Source: the human T2T-CHM13v2.0 reference genome, Homo sapiens. Taken from it: a stretch of DNA of 64,000 bases. The stretch lies in NCBI RefSeq assembly GCF_009914755.1, contig NC_060930.1; one strand, given 5' to 3'. The notes under the pieces are model-generated. The model was not told where the DNA came from, made no database searches, and saw only the letters and a program-made list of their open reading frames with translations. Positions 11,901 to 24,580 of the stretch are shown in pieces. Each line of letters starts with the position of its first letter. The stretch's first letter is position 1. Position numbers and translations under genes: made by a program.

Positions 11901-14900
11901 TTCTTTGTTGGTCTAGCTAGTGGTCTAGTTTGTTAATCTTTTCAAAAAACCAGCTCATGAATTAATTTATTTTTTAAGGTTTTTTCATGTTTCTATATCC
12001 TTCAATTCTGCTCTTATCTTAGTAATTTGTTGTCCTCTGCTAGATTTTGAATTTGTTTTCTCTTGCTTCTGTCGTTCTTTTAATTGTGATGTTAGGGTGT
12101 CCATTTGAGATCTTTCCAGCTTTCAGATGTGGATATTTAGTGCCATAAATTTTCCTCTTAACAGTGCTGTACCTGTGTCCCAGAGATTCTGGTATGTTGT
12201 CTCTTTGTTTTTATTGGTTTCAAAGAGCTTCTTGATTTCTGCCTTATTTTTGTTATTTACCCAGGAGTCATTCAGGAGCAGGTTGTTCAATTTCCATGTA
12301 GTTGTGCGCTTTTGAGTGAGTTTTTAAATCCTGAATTTTAATTTGATTGCACTGTGGTTTAAGAAACTGTTTGTTATGATTTCCATTTTTTTTTTGCATT
12401 TGCTGAGGAATGCTTTACTTCCAATTATGTGGTCAATTTTTGAATAAATGCTAGGTGGCACTGAGAAGAATGTATATTCTGTTGATTTGGGGTGGAGAGT
12501 TCTGTAGATGTCTATTAGGTCCTCTTGATCCAGAGCTGAGTTCAAGTCCTGAATATCTTTGTTAATTTTCTGTTTTATTGATCTAATGTTGATAGTGGAG
12601 TGTTAAAGACTCCCACTATTATTGTGTGGGCGCTTAAGTCTCTTTGTAGGTCCCTAAAAACTTGTTTTATGAATCTAGGTGCTCCTGCTGGGTGCATATA
12701 TATTTAGGATAGTTAGCTCTTCTTGTTGCATTGATCCCTTTCCCATTATGTAACGCCCTTCTTTGTCTTTTTTGATCTTTGTTGGTTTACAATCTGTTTT
12801 ATCAGAGACTAGGATTGCAACCCCTGCTTTTTTTTCCTCCCATTTGCTTGGGAAACACTCTATTCCTTTATTTTGGGCCTATGTGTGTCTTTGCACATGA
12901 GATGGGTCTTGACTCTTTTTCCAATTTGCCTGTGTCTTTTAACTGGGGAATTTAGCCCATTTACATTTAAGGTTAACATTGTTATGTGTGAATTTGATCC
13001 TGTCATTATGATGCTAGCTGGTTACTTTGCATATTAGTTGATGCAGGTTCTTCATAGTACTGATGGTCTTTCCATTTCAGTGTGTTTTTGCAGTGGCTGG
13101 TACTGTTTTTTTGTTTACATATATATTTATAGTGCTTCCCTCAGGAGCTCTTGCAAGGCAGGCCTGGTGGTGACAAAATCCCTCAGCATTTACTTGTCTG
13201 GAAAGGATTTTATTTCTCCGTTGCTTATGAAGCTTAGTTTGGCTGCATATGAAATTCTGGGTAAAAATTCTTTTCCTTAAGAATGTTGAATATTGGCCCA
13301 CACTTTCTTCTGTCTTGTATAGTTTCTGCTGAGATACCTGCTGTTAGTCTGATGGGCTTCCCTTGTAGGTTACCTGCCCTTTCCCTCTGGATGCCCTTAA
13401 CATTTTTTTCTGCATTTCAACCTTGGAGAATCTGATGATTATGTGTCTTTGGGTTGATCTTCTCATGGAGTATTTTATTGGTGTTCTCTGTATTTCTTGA
13501 ATTTGAATGTTGGCCTGTCTTGCTAGGTTGGGGAAGTTCTCCTGGATAATATCTTGAAGTGTGCTTTCCAACTTGGTTCCATTCTCCCTGTCACTTTCAG
13601 GTACACCAGTCAATGATAGGTTTGGTCTTTTCACATAATCCCATATTTCTAGGAGGCTTTATTCATTCCTTTTCATTTTTCTTCCCCTAATCTTGTCTTC
13701 ACACCTTATTTCAGCAAGGTGGTCTTCAATCTCTGATATCCTTTCTCCTGCTTGATCTATTTGACCAGTGACACTTGTGTATGCTTCATAAACTTCTCAT
13801 GCTGTGTGTTTCAGCTCCATCAAGTGATTTATGTTCTTCTCTAAGCTGGTTATTCTAGTTAGCAGTTCATGTAACCTTTTATCAAGGTTCTTAGCTTCCT
13901 TGTATTGGGTTAGAACATGTTTCTTTTGCTCCGAGGAGTTTGTTATTACCTGCCTTCTGAAGCCTACTTCCGTCAATTCATCAATTTCATTTTCTGTTCA
14001 GTTTTGTGCCCTTGCTGGAAAGGTGTTGCGATCATTTGGAGGAAAAGAGGCATTCTGGCTTTTGAAATTTTCAGCATTTTTGCGCTGTTTTTTCCTCATC
14101 TTCATGGATTTATCTACCTTTATTCTCTGAGGCTGATGACCTTTGGATGAGGTTTTTGTGTGGGAGCCTTTTGCTGTTGTTGCTTTCTGTTTGTTAGTTA
14201 TTTTTCTAACAGTGAGGCCCCTCTTCTGTGGGTCTACTGCAGTTTGCTGGAGGTCCACTCCACACCCTGTTCACCTGGGTGTTATCAGTGGAGGCAGCAA
14301 AACAGCAAAGATTGCTTCCTCCTCCTTCCTCTGGAAGATTTATCCCAAAAGGGCACCGCCCTGATGCTAGCCAGAGCTCTCCTGTATGAGGTGTCTGTTG
14401 ACCCCTGTTCTGAGGTCTCTCCAAGTCAGAGGGCACGGGGGTCAGAGACTAACTTGACAAGGCAGTCTGTCCCTTAGCAGATCTGGTGTACTATGCTGGA
14501 ACAACCCTCCTTGTCAGGATCAGCTCCTCTCTTCAGAGCCATCAGGCAGGAAAGTTTAATTCCATTAAAGCTGCGCCCACAGTTGCCCCTTCCCCCAGGG
14601 CCTCTGTCCCAGGGAGATTGGAATTTTATCCATAAACTCCTGACTGGGGCTGCTGCATTTCCTTCAGAGACGCCCTATCCTGTGAGGAGGAATCTAGAGA
14701 ACCAGTCTGGCCACAGCCAGTCTGCCATATTGTGGTGAATTCCACGCAGTACAAACCTCCCCATCTCCTTAGCACCATCAAGGGAAAACCACCTACTAAA
14801 GCCTCAGTAATGGTGGATGCCCCTCCCCCCACCAAGCTTTATCATCCCAGGTGGACTCCAGACTGCAGTGCTGGAAGTGAGAATTTCAAACCAGTGTTTC

Positions 14901-15426
14901 TTAGCTTGCTGGGCTCTGTGGGAGTGGAACCTGCTGAGTGAGAACACTTGGCTCCCTGGCTTCAGCCCCCTTTTTAGCAGAGTGGATGGTTCTCCCATCT
15001 GGCTGGTGTTCCAGGTGCTGCTGGGGTATGAAAAAATCTATGCAGCTAGTTCATTTCCTGCCCAAACAGCCGCCCAGTTTTGTGCTTGAAACCCAGGGCC
15101 CTGGTGGTGTAGGCTCATAAGGGAATCTCCTATTCTGTGGATTGCAAAAATCTGTGGGAAAAGCCTAGTACCTGGGGCAGATAGCACAGTCCCTCACCAT
15201 TTCCCTTGGCTGGGGGAGGGAGGTCACCCAGCTCCTTTCATTGCCTGGGTGAAGCAACACCACACCTTGCTTCGACACGCCCTCCATGGGTTGCACCCAC
15301 TACCTAACCAGTCCCAATGAGATGAACTGGGTACCTCAGTTGGAAATGCAGAAATCACCCACCTTCTGCATTGGTCTCGCTGGGAGCTGCAGAACTGTTT
15401 CTATTTGGCCATTTTGGCCTCTCCCC
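8995..15426 (-). mobile_element. Full-length L1PA8-like LINE-1 (about 6.4 kb); both ORFs disrupted
   Basis: 5'UTR start 'ggggagaggccaaaatggccaaatag' (minus strand), ORF1 fragments (13344-14258), ORF2 EN/RT/C-terminal fragments (9405-12545) and an L1PA8-type 3'UTR. TSD: cagtgcatatatttt (8980-8994) / cagtgcaaatatctt (15426-15440). Confidence 0.93.
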
Positions 15427-15657
15427 AGTGCAAATATCTTTATGAGGTGGTGATTTGATTTGATTTTCTTTGGGTATATACCAAGAAGAAGGATTTATAT
15501 GTCATAAAGTAATTCTACTTTTTATTTCTTTAGAAATCTCCATATTGTTTTCCATCATGGTGGCACCAATGTGCATTCCCATCTAAAGTACACAAGGGTT
15601 CCCTTTCTTCACACTCCCACCAATATTTGTCTTTTTGATGATAGCTATCATCATGGA
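15427..15657 (-). mobile_element. L1MA element, part 2 (resumes after the L1PA8 insertion)
   Basis: Colinear with part 1 across the TSD; ORF 15530-15727(-) includes 'ECEEREPLCTLDGNAHWCHH', resembling the ORF2 C-terminal region. Confidence 0.8.
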
Positions 15658-16090
15658 TCTTTGAAACCACCAAAGTCCAAAAAAAAACCAACACACAGAA
15701 AAAAACGTTTTGACATTGGCCTTGCAACGATTTATTGGATATAGCATGAAAAGCTCCAGCTACAAAGCAAAAATAAATGAATTAGACTACATCAAACTAT
15801 GCTTCTGTACAGCACAGAAAACAAGAAAATGAAAAGGCAATATATGGATAGGAAAACAGCTGTGTAAACTATATGCTTAATAAGAGTTAATATCAAAAAT
15901 GTATAAAGATATACAACTCTATAGAGTAAAACATATAGCTCAATTTTTTAAATGGGGAAGAAACATAAATAGATATTTCTTCAAAGAAGACATTAAAGTG
16001 GCCAACAGGTATATGAAAAGATGCTTCACATTATTAGTCATGAGGAAAATGTAAATCAAAACTACTATGAGAAACCATTTGACTCTTGTA
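15658..16090 (+). mobile_element. Inverted 5' segment of the same L1MA element
   Basis: Sense ORF2 ('gacattggccttgcaacgattt...gactacatcaaacta...actactatgagaaaccatttgactcttgt') ending where part 2 begins in the consensus. Confidence 0.75.
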
Positions 16091-17464
16091 TTGTTTTTGC
16101 ATGGTTCCTGATAAGATGGTCAATGTAGTTGTTATACTTGTTCCTCCACAGATTAGATGTTTGTCTTTTTACATGGCTGATTTCCTGATTTTTATTTTAT
16201 CTTTGGTATTATTTGGTTTGAATATAATATGCTGACATGTGAATTTGTTTATTTTTGTTTATTTTGTTTTGTTTTTTTTAACCTGCTTGGCAATCACTGT
16301 GTGTTCCCGAATCTATGGTTTGATGTCTGCCATTAATATATGAAATATTCTCAGAAATTATTACTTCAGATATTTTCTCTCTTTCCTATCTCTTTCTTCT
16401 TCTGGTATTCCCATAATACATATGTTGCATCTGAAATTGTTCCAAAGGTCTTTGATATTCTCTTTTGTTTTGTTTTATTTTTCTCTTTGCATGTCACTTT
16501 ATGAAACTTTTATTGATACACATTTAAGCTCACTGATTTTATCCTTTGGCATGTCCAGTCCAGTGATGAGTCCATTAAGGATGTTCTTTATTTGTATTAC
16601 AGAGTTTTCAATAGATAGAAAATTTTCAATATTTTTTAGATTTTTAAAAATCTCTGTACTTACATTGCCCCTTTGTTACTGCATTTTGGCTTTTTCAACA
16701 GAATTCTTAAGATACCATTCATAGTTATGGAAAATTCCCAGTCTGATAATTGCAAACTCTCTGCCATGTCTGAGTCTGGTTTTGATGCATGCTTTGTCTC
16801 TTCAGGCTGTTGTATTTCTTGGCTTTTATTATGCTTTGCATTTTTAAAAAGCTGTATATCATGTATCACCTAATGGGAACTATGGGAAATAGACCTTTGC
16901 TGTGATGTTTTATGTTATTCTGAACTAGGAATTGGGCTGTGTTTATTGCTTGCTGTAGCTGCACTAAACACAGCCCAATCAAAGAAGAAAGGCAAGTCTT
17001 TGATTTTCTTCTAGGTTTTTGGGTTTGCTTGTTTTTTTGCATGTGCCCTTTTGTCTAGATTTCTCTAAACAATAATTTTTAAAGAGAGTCTGACACTTGC
17101 AGTTTTTTAGCTATAATCTATTGTTAATATACTTATGCCCTGCTGATGTTATGTCAAACTGTGAGAGAAAGGAAGTGTTCTATAATGCTATGATTCAGTC
17201 TCAGTTTTTTTTATTAAGGATTCATTTTTCAGCTATGACATTCACAAGTATTTATTAGAGAATCCCATTTTGTATGATACAGTAAAGCTAGCAGTATCTA
17301 AAGTTTGATTACTTCCCTACCCCCATGTAGGCTAAGATGCTGGTAAACTCTTCTCTTTTATTTAGTAGGCCTTTGTTACATCTTTAAAAAGATTACTTCT
17401 TCCAAACTGCTTCAAAGAACATGATTGGTTTTCTGACTCATCATAAGAGAATTTTTCTGATAAC
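16091..17464 (-). mobile_element. Old L1M host resumes (ORF1 and 5' region)
   Basis: 'ttgcatggttcctg...' continues 'tttcactcctctc' at about 8240. ORF 16660-16869(-) 'PDSDMAESLQLSDWEFSITM' resembles an old ORF1p N-terminus. Confidence 0.7.
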
Positions 17465-18905
17465 CTTGTGGGATTCCTGGATATTAGATCTTTGTTGGAT
17501 GCATCATTTGAAAATATTTTCTCCCACTCTATATGGTGGCTTTTTAATTTATTAATAGTTTATTTTGCTGCACAGACTCTCCTTAGTTTAATTAGGTCCC
17601 ATTTGTTAATTTTTGTTTTTGTTGCAATTGCTTTTGAAGACTTGTTCATAAATTCTTTCCCAAGGCCCATGTCCACATGACATTTCTTCATTTTTTTTTC
17701 TATGATTCTTATAGTTTGAGGTCTTACAGTTAAATCTTTATTCCATCTTAAGTTACTTTTAGTATATGGGAAAAGGTAAGAGTTCAGTTTCATTCTCCTA
17801 CATATGGCTAGCCAGTTATCCCAGCTCTATTTATTGAAGAGGCAGTCCTTTCCTTATGGCTTAGATAAGATGTCTGTTAGGTGTGTCACTTTATTTCTGG
17901 GACCTCTCTTCTATTCTACTGGTCTAGGTGCCTGTTTTTGTTCCAGTACTGTGCTGTTTTGGTTACTGGAGCATTGTAGTATAGTTTGAAATTGGGTAAT
18001 GTGATGCTTTAAACTTTGTTATTTTTGTTTAGGATTGCCTTGGCTATTCAGGTTCTCTTTTGTTTCATATGAATTTTTGTTTTTTTTTCTAGTGATGTGA
18101 AAAATGACATTGGTAGTTTGAGGGAAATAGTGTTGAATCTGTAGATTGCTTTGGGCAGTATGGTTATTTTAACAATGCCAATCCATGAGCATGGCATATT
18201 TTTTTACTTGTTTGTGTCGTCCCTGATTTCTTTCAGCAGTATTTTGTAACCTTGGACCAGAAGGATTCACAACCAAATTCTACCAAATGTGCAAAAAAGA
18301 TCTGATACTAATTCTATTAAAACTGTTCCCCAAAATCCAAGAGGTAAGACTCCTTTCCAGCTAATCTCATGAAGCCAACATCACCGTGATACCAAAATCT
18401 GACAGACACAATTAAAAAAATAAACTACAGACTAATATCTCTGATGAACAAAGATGTGAAAATTCTCAACAAAATGATAGCAAACTGAATCCAGCAGCAC
18501 ATGAAAAATTTAATTCACTATGAACAAGTAGGTTTTATTCCTGGGATTCAGGGTTGGTTCAACATACACAAACAAATAAATATGATTCACCACATAAACA
18601 GAATTAAAAACAAAAACCATGTGATCGTCTCAGTAGACACAGAAAAGGCTTTCAATAAAATCCAAATTCCATTTATGATAAAAATCTTCAACAAACTAAG
18701 CATTGAATGAATATATCTCAAAATAGAGCCATCTATGACAAACCCACAACCAAAACCATTCTGAATGAAAAAAAGCTGAAAGCATTCCTCTTAAAAACAT
18801 GAACAAGATAAAGATGCTCAGTTTCACTGCTCCTATTCAATACAATACTAGAAGTCCTAAATAAATCAGTCAAGATAAAAAAAGTAAAAGAGAAATAAAA
18901 TAAAA
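17465..18905. mobile_element. L1PB/L1MA-like ORF2 with an internal inversion (17465-18250 minus, 18251-18905 plus)
   Basis: Minus ORF 17560-17793 'KINKWDLIKL'; plus ORF 18501-18710 '[14 protein letters not shown]...[10 protein letters not shown]' (RT domain). Confidence 0.85.
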
Positions 18906-18929
18906 AAATATTTTTTTATTAAAAAAACA

Positions 18930-21350
18930 ATTTTTGGCTTTTTGGAATATTTTCTAATTCATTTCCTCTGAATATTTCTTTTCTACCCCCTTTGACATGC
19001 TTTTCTCTCATTTTTCAACTTCTCAAGCTTAGAACTGATGTATTAGATTTTTCTATTTTTCTAATATGAATACTAAACATATAAATTTATTATTTAGAAC
19101 TGCTTTAGCTAAGTCACATAGTTTTTCAGTTCAAAATTTTAATGACTTTCTGAATATTTCTTTGATTTATGTATAATTTAAAAACATTTTAAATATTTTC
19201 TAAATATTTAAAATTTTTAGAACTCCATTTTTTATTTTTAGTTCTGTTTTTGTAAGGTAATATGCTCTGTATAATTTTAGTAATTAGAAACTGCTATAAT
19301 GTGTTATACTCCATCACGTAGTCTATCTTGTTGAATTTATAATACATATATAAAAGTAATGTTATTATCTATTTATTGTACTTTTGCATAATCTGTTAGA
19401 TAAAGATATTTAATAGTGTTTGTTTTCATATATGCTCTTTCCTTATTTAATTTTGTCCATTTATTTTCATCAATAACTAAGAAAGTAATAGTAAAGTCTT
19501 CAACTATTATTGTTAGTTGGTTTATTTTTCCCTTTACTTCTGAAAATTTGCTTCACATATTTTAAAACTTTTATTATGTGCCAACACATTTAGGGTTACT
19601 ATTTGTTCTTCATGAATTGACTCTTTTATCGTCATTAAATCACAGCAGCATTTTTATGATGAATGCTTACATCTATACATTTCTTTATTATTTTAATGTT
19701 TTATATATATCTACATTGTTTTAATGTTAATAAATTTGTGCTTTTATATGCATTGCATCTCTTGGAAACAGTGCCTAATTGGGACATGTTTTAATTAAAT
19801 ACATTTTGACAAATCTCTCTTTTTTTTTTTTTTGTTACAGATGGGGTCTCACTATATTGCCCAGGGTTGTCTCGAAATTGTGGGCTCAAGCGATGCCCCC
19901 ATCTTGGCCTCACAAAGTGCTGAGACTACAAGCACAAACCACTGCACCTGGCCGTCTTGGTAATTGAAATATTTAGCCCTTTTATATTTACATAATATTG
20001 ATATAATTAGGTTTGAATCATCTTTTTCTTCTTTTAAAAAAATGCCTCTATTCTTTATTTGGTTTTTATTTTTAGTTTTTTAAAAAAGTATTACTTTTCA
20101 GCATTGTACATTAGTTCTGGTATTGGATTTTTGTGTTCTTCTTTATATTTTGTTTAAATATTTTAATATGTATCCTTAATTTATTAAAGTTTTTGTATTA
20201 TTATTCTACCACTTCATGCAAAATATGAACTATAACAGTATTATTTTATTTACCATATTTTCATTTTTTAAATATTGTTACTCCTATATATGATTTAAAT
20301 ACCACGTACAATGCAATTGTTTTGTCTTTGAACACTTCAATATATTTCGATAAAATTAGAGAAAGCAAAAGACAGTTTAGTATATCTACCCATTTATAAC
20401 GATCTTTAATAATTTCTGTAGATCTAAATTTCCAACTGATATATTTTCTCTTCAGCTTGGAGAATTTCGGATATATATATATATTCACACACACAAACAC
20501 ACACACACACACACATGCATGCATATAGGAATCGAGATCTAACAGTAACAAATACTGTTACAATTTACCTGAAACTATCTTCATTTCATTTTAAAGAATG
20601 ACTTTGCTGAGTACTGAACCCAAATTTGAGAGTTTTTTTTCTTTCAGCATTTCAAAAGTGGTATTTACTTTTTCTTCTATTTTTTGGATTGAATGACTTC
20701 TTTTAAGAAATAAATTGTTATATTTATTCCTACCTTACTGTATGTAATGTATCAGTTTTTCTCCTTTAAATTACTTTAAAATTGTTTAAACTAGATTTAT
20801 TCCAATAGATTTACTATTATGTGTCAAATCTGATTTTCTATACATCCATTGCACTTTTGGTTTTTTGAACTTCATAAATTGATAGTGTTCTTTAACATCT
20901 GAAAATGTCAGGCCACCATTATAAAAAACGGTTTCTTCCTCTTTATTCCTTTTACCTCCTTTTAGACAATTATGTTTATTATAGATATAAAAGATTGTGT
21001 GATATTTCATTACTAATACTGTGTTGGGTTATTAAATTTTAACTCCCTTCTATCTCTTTGTGCTGTTTTCTGTTTTGGATAATTTATATTGATCTCTTTT
21101 TAAGTTCAGTGATGCTTGCTACTACTATATCCATAACTTTCTTTGTATTTGTAGTTTTTGTCTTTTCTACGTGGTTGTTTGGGATTGCTATCTCTTCATT
21201 CTTTCTACTTTATCTCTAGATGTCTGAATACATGTATAATTGTTATTTTAAATATGTCTTTGCCACTTTCAATAAAAAGGTTAGTCTGTGTGTTTGTTTA
21301 TGCAGATTTTTTTTCTTTACGTAGCTGTCATTTCATTGCTTTCTAAATGT
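18930..21350 (-). mobile_element. Very old L1ME/L1M5-like segment
   Basis: T-rich, with decayed antisense EN landmarks ('taaagtcttcaactattattg', 'atttagccctttatatttacataatattgata'). Confidence 0.6.
19820..19953 (-). mobile_element. FLAM_C-like free Alu monomer
   Basis: Single monomer 'ggggtctcactatattgcccagg...ctcaagcgat...ccactgcacctggcc' with poly(T). Confidence 0.85.
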
Positions 21351-23499
21351 CTTGCTACTTTAAATGTCTAATATTTGGTACTGATATGTCCATTATATTT
21401 ATCTTTCTATCTGAAATTGAGATATACTATTATATTTTTTGTTTGATTATATCCCCTTCTCCCACACCCCTGAGAATGTGAGCTCTATTGTATTTCCGGT
21501 GACTAAATCAAGCAGGCAATTGTTTAGATATCACCCACTATTGAGGTGATTTGGGTCTCAGAAGCTGCTGATGAACTCATCTCTGGTTAATTCAACTCCA
21601 GGTCTCCCATGGTATCACTGTTGTCAAAGACTGTTTAGTGATTTCATGTATGTTTGAGCTTGAAGCTTGGAAGGGATTTGGCCACAATGTCACTTGGGAT
21701 TCAGTGGTTCTAGGCGCCACAGGAAGAAAACAGTGCTCAAGTTCTTCCTGCTTTCTACGTACATGTTTTATATTATTTCCTTAGCAAAGTATAGGAAAGA
21801 AAGGAAGGGGGAAATATTATTCTAATACAATTATTTTGATAAATAATTTGCAGTTACAGATATAAAACAACTTATCTTTTTGTACCAGCATTAATAGCTT
21901 AGTTTAACTTTTTTTTTTAAACCCAGTAATGTGTCTTAATGTTGGTTTGTCCTTTGATTTTACCTGCCAATAACCAGGTGCATCATTTTCCTCCAGAAGC
22001 TACCGCATTTTTAAGGATTCTTCTGTCACAAATCAGTTTATGAAATTTTCTTGTGTTTACTCCTTTGGTTAGCTCCATAAAATTGTATAGTTTGAAAGTA
22101 AAATAATAAATATCTCTATACATTAGCTTCTTTCAGGTTTTAGGGGAGAAATTCTCCCATATGTGATGATATAAAAAATTGGATATATTATAAAGGCAAA
22201 GCAATAGTTCCACAGGTCAGCAAGTGAGCAGTAGATTCAGTGCCAGTTGCTCTTATGTTCAAATTTTCTGTGTCTTTCCTTTCTTGTTTGTCTTGATATT
22301 TCTAATTCTTTAAGAAGGGAGAGTCTAATTTTTTAAATGTTTTTGGAAGACAAACTTAATGTTCATTTAATCTACCAAAATTAAGATAAATTATATTTGA
22401 ATGATAATATTCAATACTTGTTAGTATATAGTAGTTGATCATTATGGTTAGCATCTACTTCTCTTCAATTTAAAAGCTAAATAATATTGTTACATTATTT
22501 AGAGTTGAATGAGAGAAAATAAAATGATCTGAATGTTGGGATATCATATTGTTCTTTAAAATAAAACAGAAAGTCTTATTTGGCTAAACCAAACTGCCAA
22601 CCATGTCCTGAGAGAGATACGTGGGATACACATTTTAGGGATAATTTATTTCAATGAAGTTGCTTCATCAAACACACTCTATTTGTGTAAGCATATAATA
22701 AAGTGAATAAATAAACATGGCATTTGGATGAATGATCTATGTAAAGAATGTATAAAAGCAAATAAACTAAAAAGATAAAATTAAATGTATATATACACAT
22801 CTTGAGAATGTAAAAAGTAGGTATTTCATGTGTAGGCAAATATGTATTCCCATTCAATCTCCAATTAACTTTTAAGTATTTTCATTTCATTTCACCAAGG
22901 TGGAGACTTAGATTCAAATCAGTATAATGAACTACTTTAGCTCTCTTGCAAGTTATCTGATATATCAAAAGAGATTGTATCATGCAAATAAAGTTTTCAG
23001 ATTCCTTTTATAATGCTTGTGAGATTATTTGTATGATAGTATCACCTTGTATTTCCTGAAAGTAAGCTATTAAATAATTTGGAAATTAAATGCTTACCAG
23101 AATAATTTTCATAAATGTAGTCAATCAATATTCTCTCCTTCATGCTTGCCCCTTTCCTTTAATATCAATCTGTAAATTGAACTACAAACATGACTCATCT
23201 AAGAATTTATATAATATGCAAATTATACAACTTTACTGATTCTTAAATTATTCATTACAATGAAACTCAATGGCATATGCATGTGTAAGCATTCAGAATG
23301 TTGAATGCTAATAAAACTTAAAAAATATCTCAATATCTCATTCAACACCGTTTTAGTAATAAAGAAACTACTAAAAAAGTTATTTGTCTTGGATAAAGGA
23401 TCCTGGGTGCATATTTGGGTACACAATACCCAGTTTTTTTTTCCTAATTTCAAAGAATAATTAAATCATTTTACTTTATAAAAAAAGTAAAATTAAAAT

Positions 23500-23990
23500 A
23501 TAAAATTCGAACTTACTTTTAAGAGACAGCCGGGATGATCAGGTATAGTCTCTCCAAGCCGAACAGACTGCTCATATTACTTTGGAATTAATAAAAGTAT
23601 AAGGGTTGGCCAACTTTTAAAGATGTAAATGGATTGACATCATCTATAAAACTATGGTTACTTGTGTGAGACCTGCTGCTAACTGATTAACACTCAGAAG
23701 TATGTGCACTGGAGTGGGTATGTTCCTGATTGGCTGACATTCAGAAATGAGAAGTTGATACTGATTGTTTGGCTTGCAAAGCGTTTTTACTGAGACTAGT
23801 TTTAGTTGATCAATTCCATGAAGTTAAAAGCAGTCTGGTGATACTTGTTACCATAGCTACAAAATAATTGTTTTTTTCTTTGAGTGTTAGAACTACGATT
23901 TTAAAATTATCAGATCCTTTTTTGCTTTTCAATTAACATAAGCCGCAAGAATAACATCAAGGGTTGTAAAGACTTTCACCAATGTCATGC
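23500..23990 (-). mobile_element. Probable 3' LTR of an ancient class I ERV
   Basis: Lies directly downstream (minus strand) of the env remnant. Purine tract 'aaaggaggca' followed by TG near 23990; several CCAAT-like motifs on the minus strand. Confidence 0.45.
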
Positions 23991-24119
23991 CTCCTTTACA
24001 ATAAGGTTTTATGTGCAAGGATCCAACTTTGTGTTTGAGAGTTCATCAGAAATATTACAGTCTATCTGTTATCTTTTAATTTTTTTTTTACAGTCAGGAT
24101 ATGACTCTGTGGTAAACCT

Positions 24120-24580
24120 TAGAATTCTGATTCATAGACATTGAACTAATGTGAGACAAACAATTATTACTAGAAGGATAATAAGAAAGCACTGGGCAAT
24201 ATTCTTGCAACATGGCAAAAATTTCCCAGGCCTGAATAAGTAAAGAAGTCCCAAAGTCTTCCAAAGTACATCTACATAGACAACTTGCCTTTTCTTTGAG
24301 CTTAGATATAAATTGTTACAATATAACTATTGCGTTAATATGGGTATAACATACAGTGTTAATGAACAGTGATGCAAAGCCCCACCTTCCCAGTGTGCCA
24401 AAAGAAAATTTAAAGTTAATTCATTATCTGTAACTTATTAGGCTAAAAAACTTATTGTGTTTCCAGGGTTCAGGATGTATAGTGTTTTATGTCAGATAAA
24501 ATAAGAGACATTTTTTATGCCAGCCAAATTACTCCAAATCATGTTGGTGGTATTAAAATACTTAAAAATCATATTTACAT
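24120..24580 (-). pseudogene. Highly decayed class I ERV env TM remnant
   Basis: Minus-strand frames in TM order: 'KMSLILSDI', 'VTDNELTLNFLLAHWEGG' (24434-24381, ISD-like), 'NTVCYTHIN...ISKLKEKAS', 'LWDFFTYSGLG', then hydrophobic 'FLIILLVIIVCLTLVQCL'. Confidence 0.75.
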
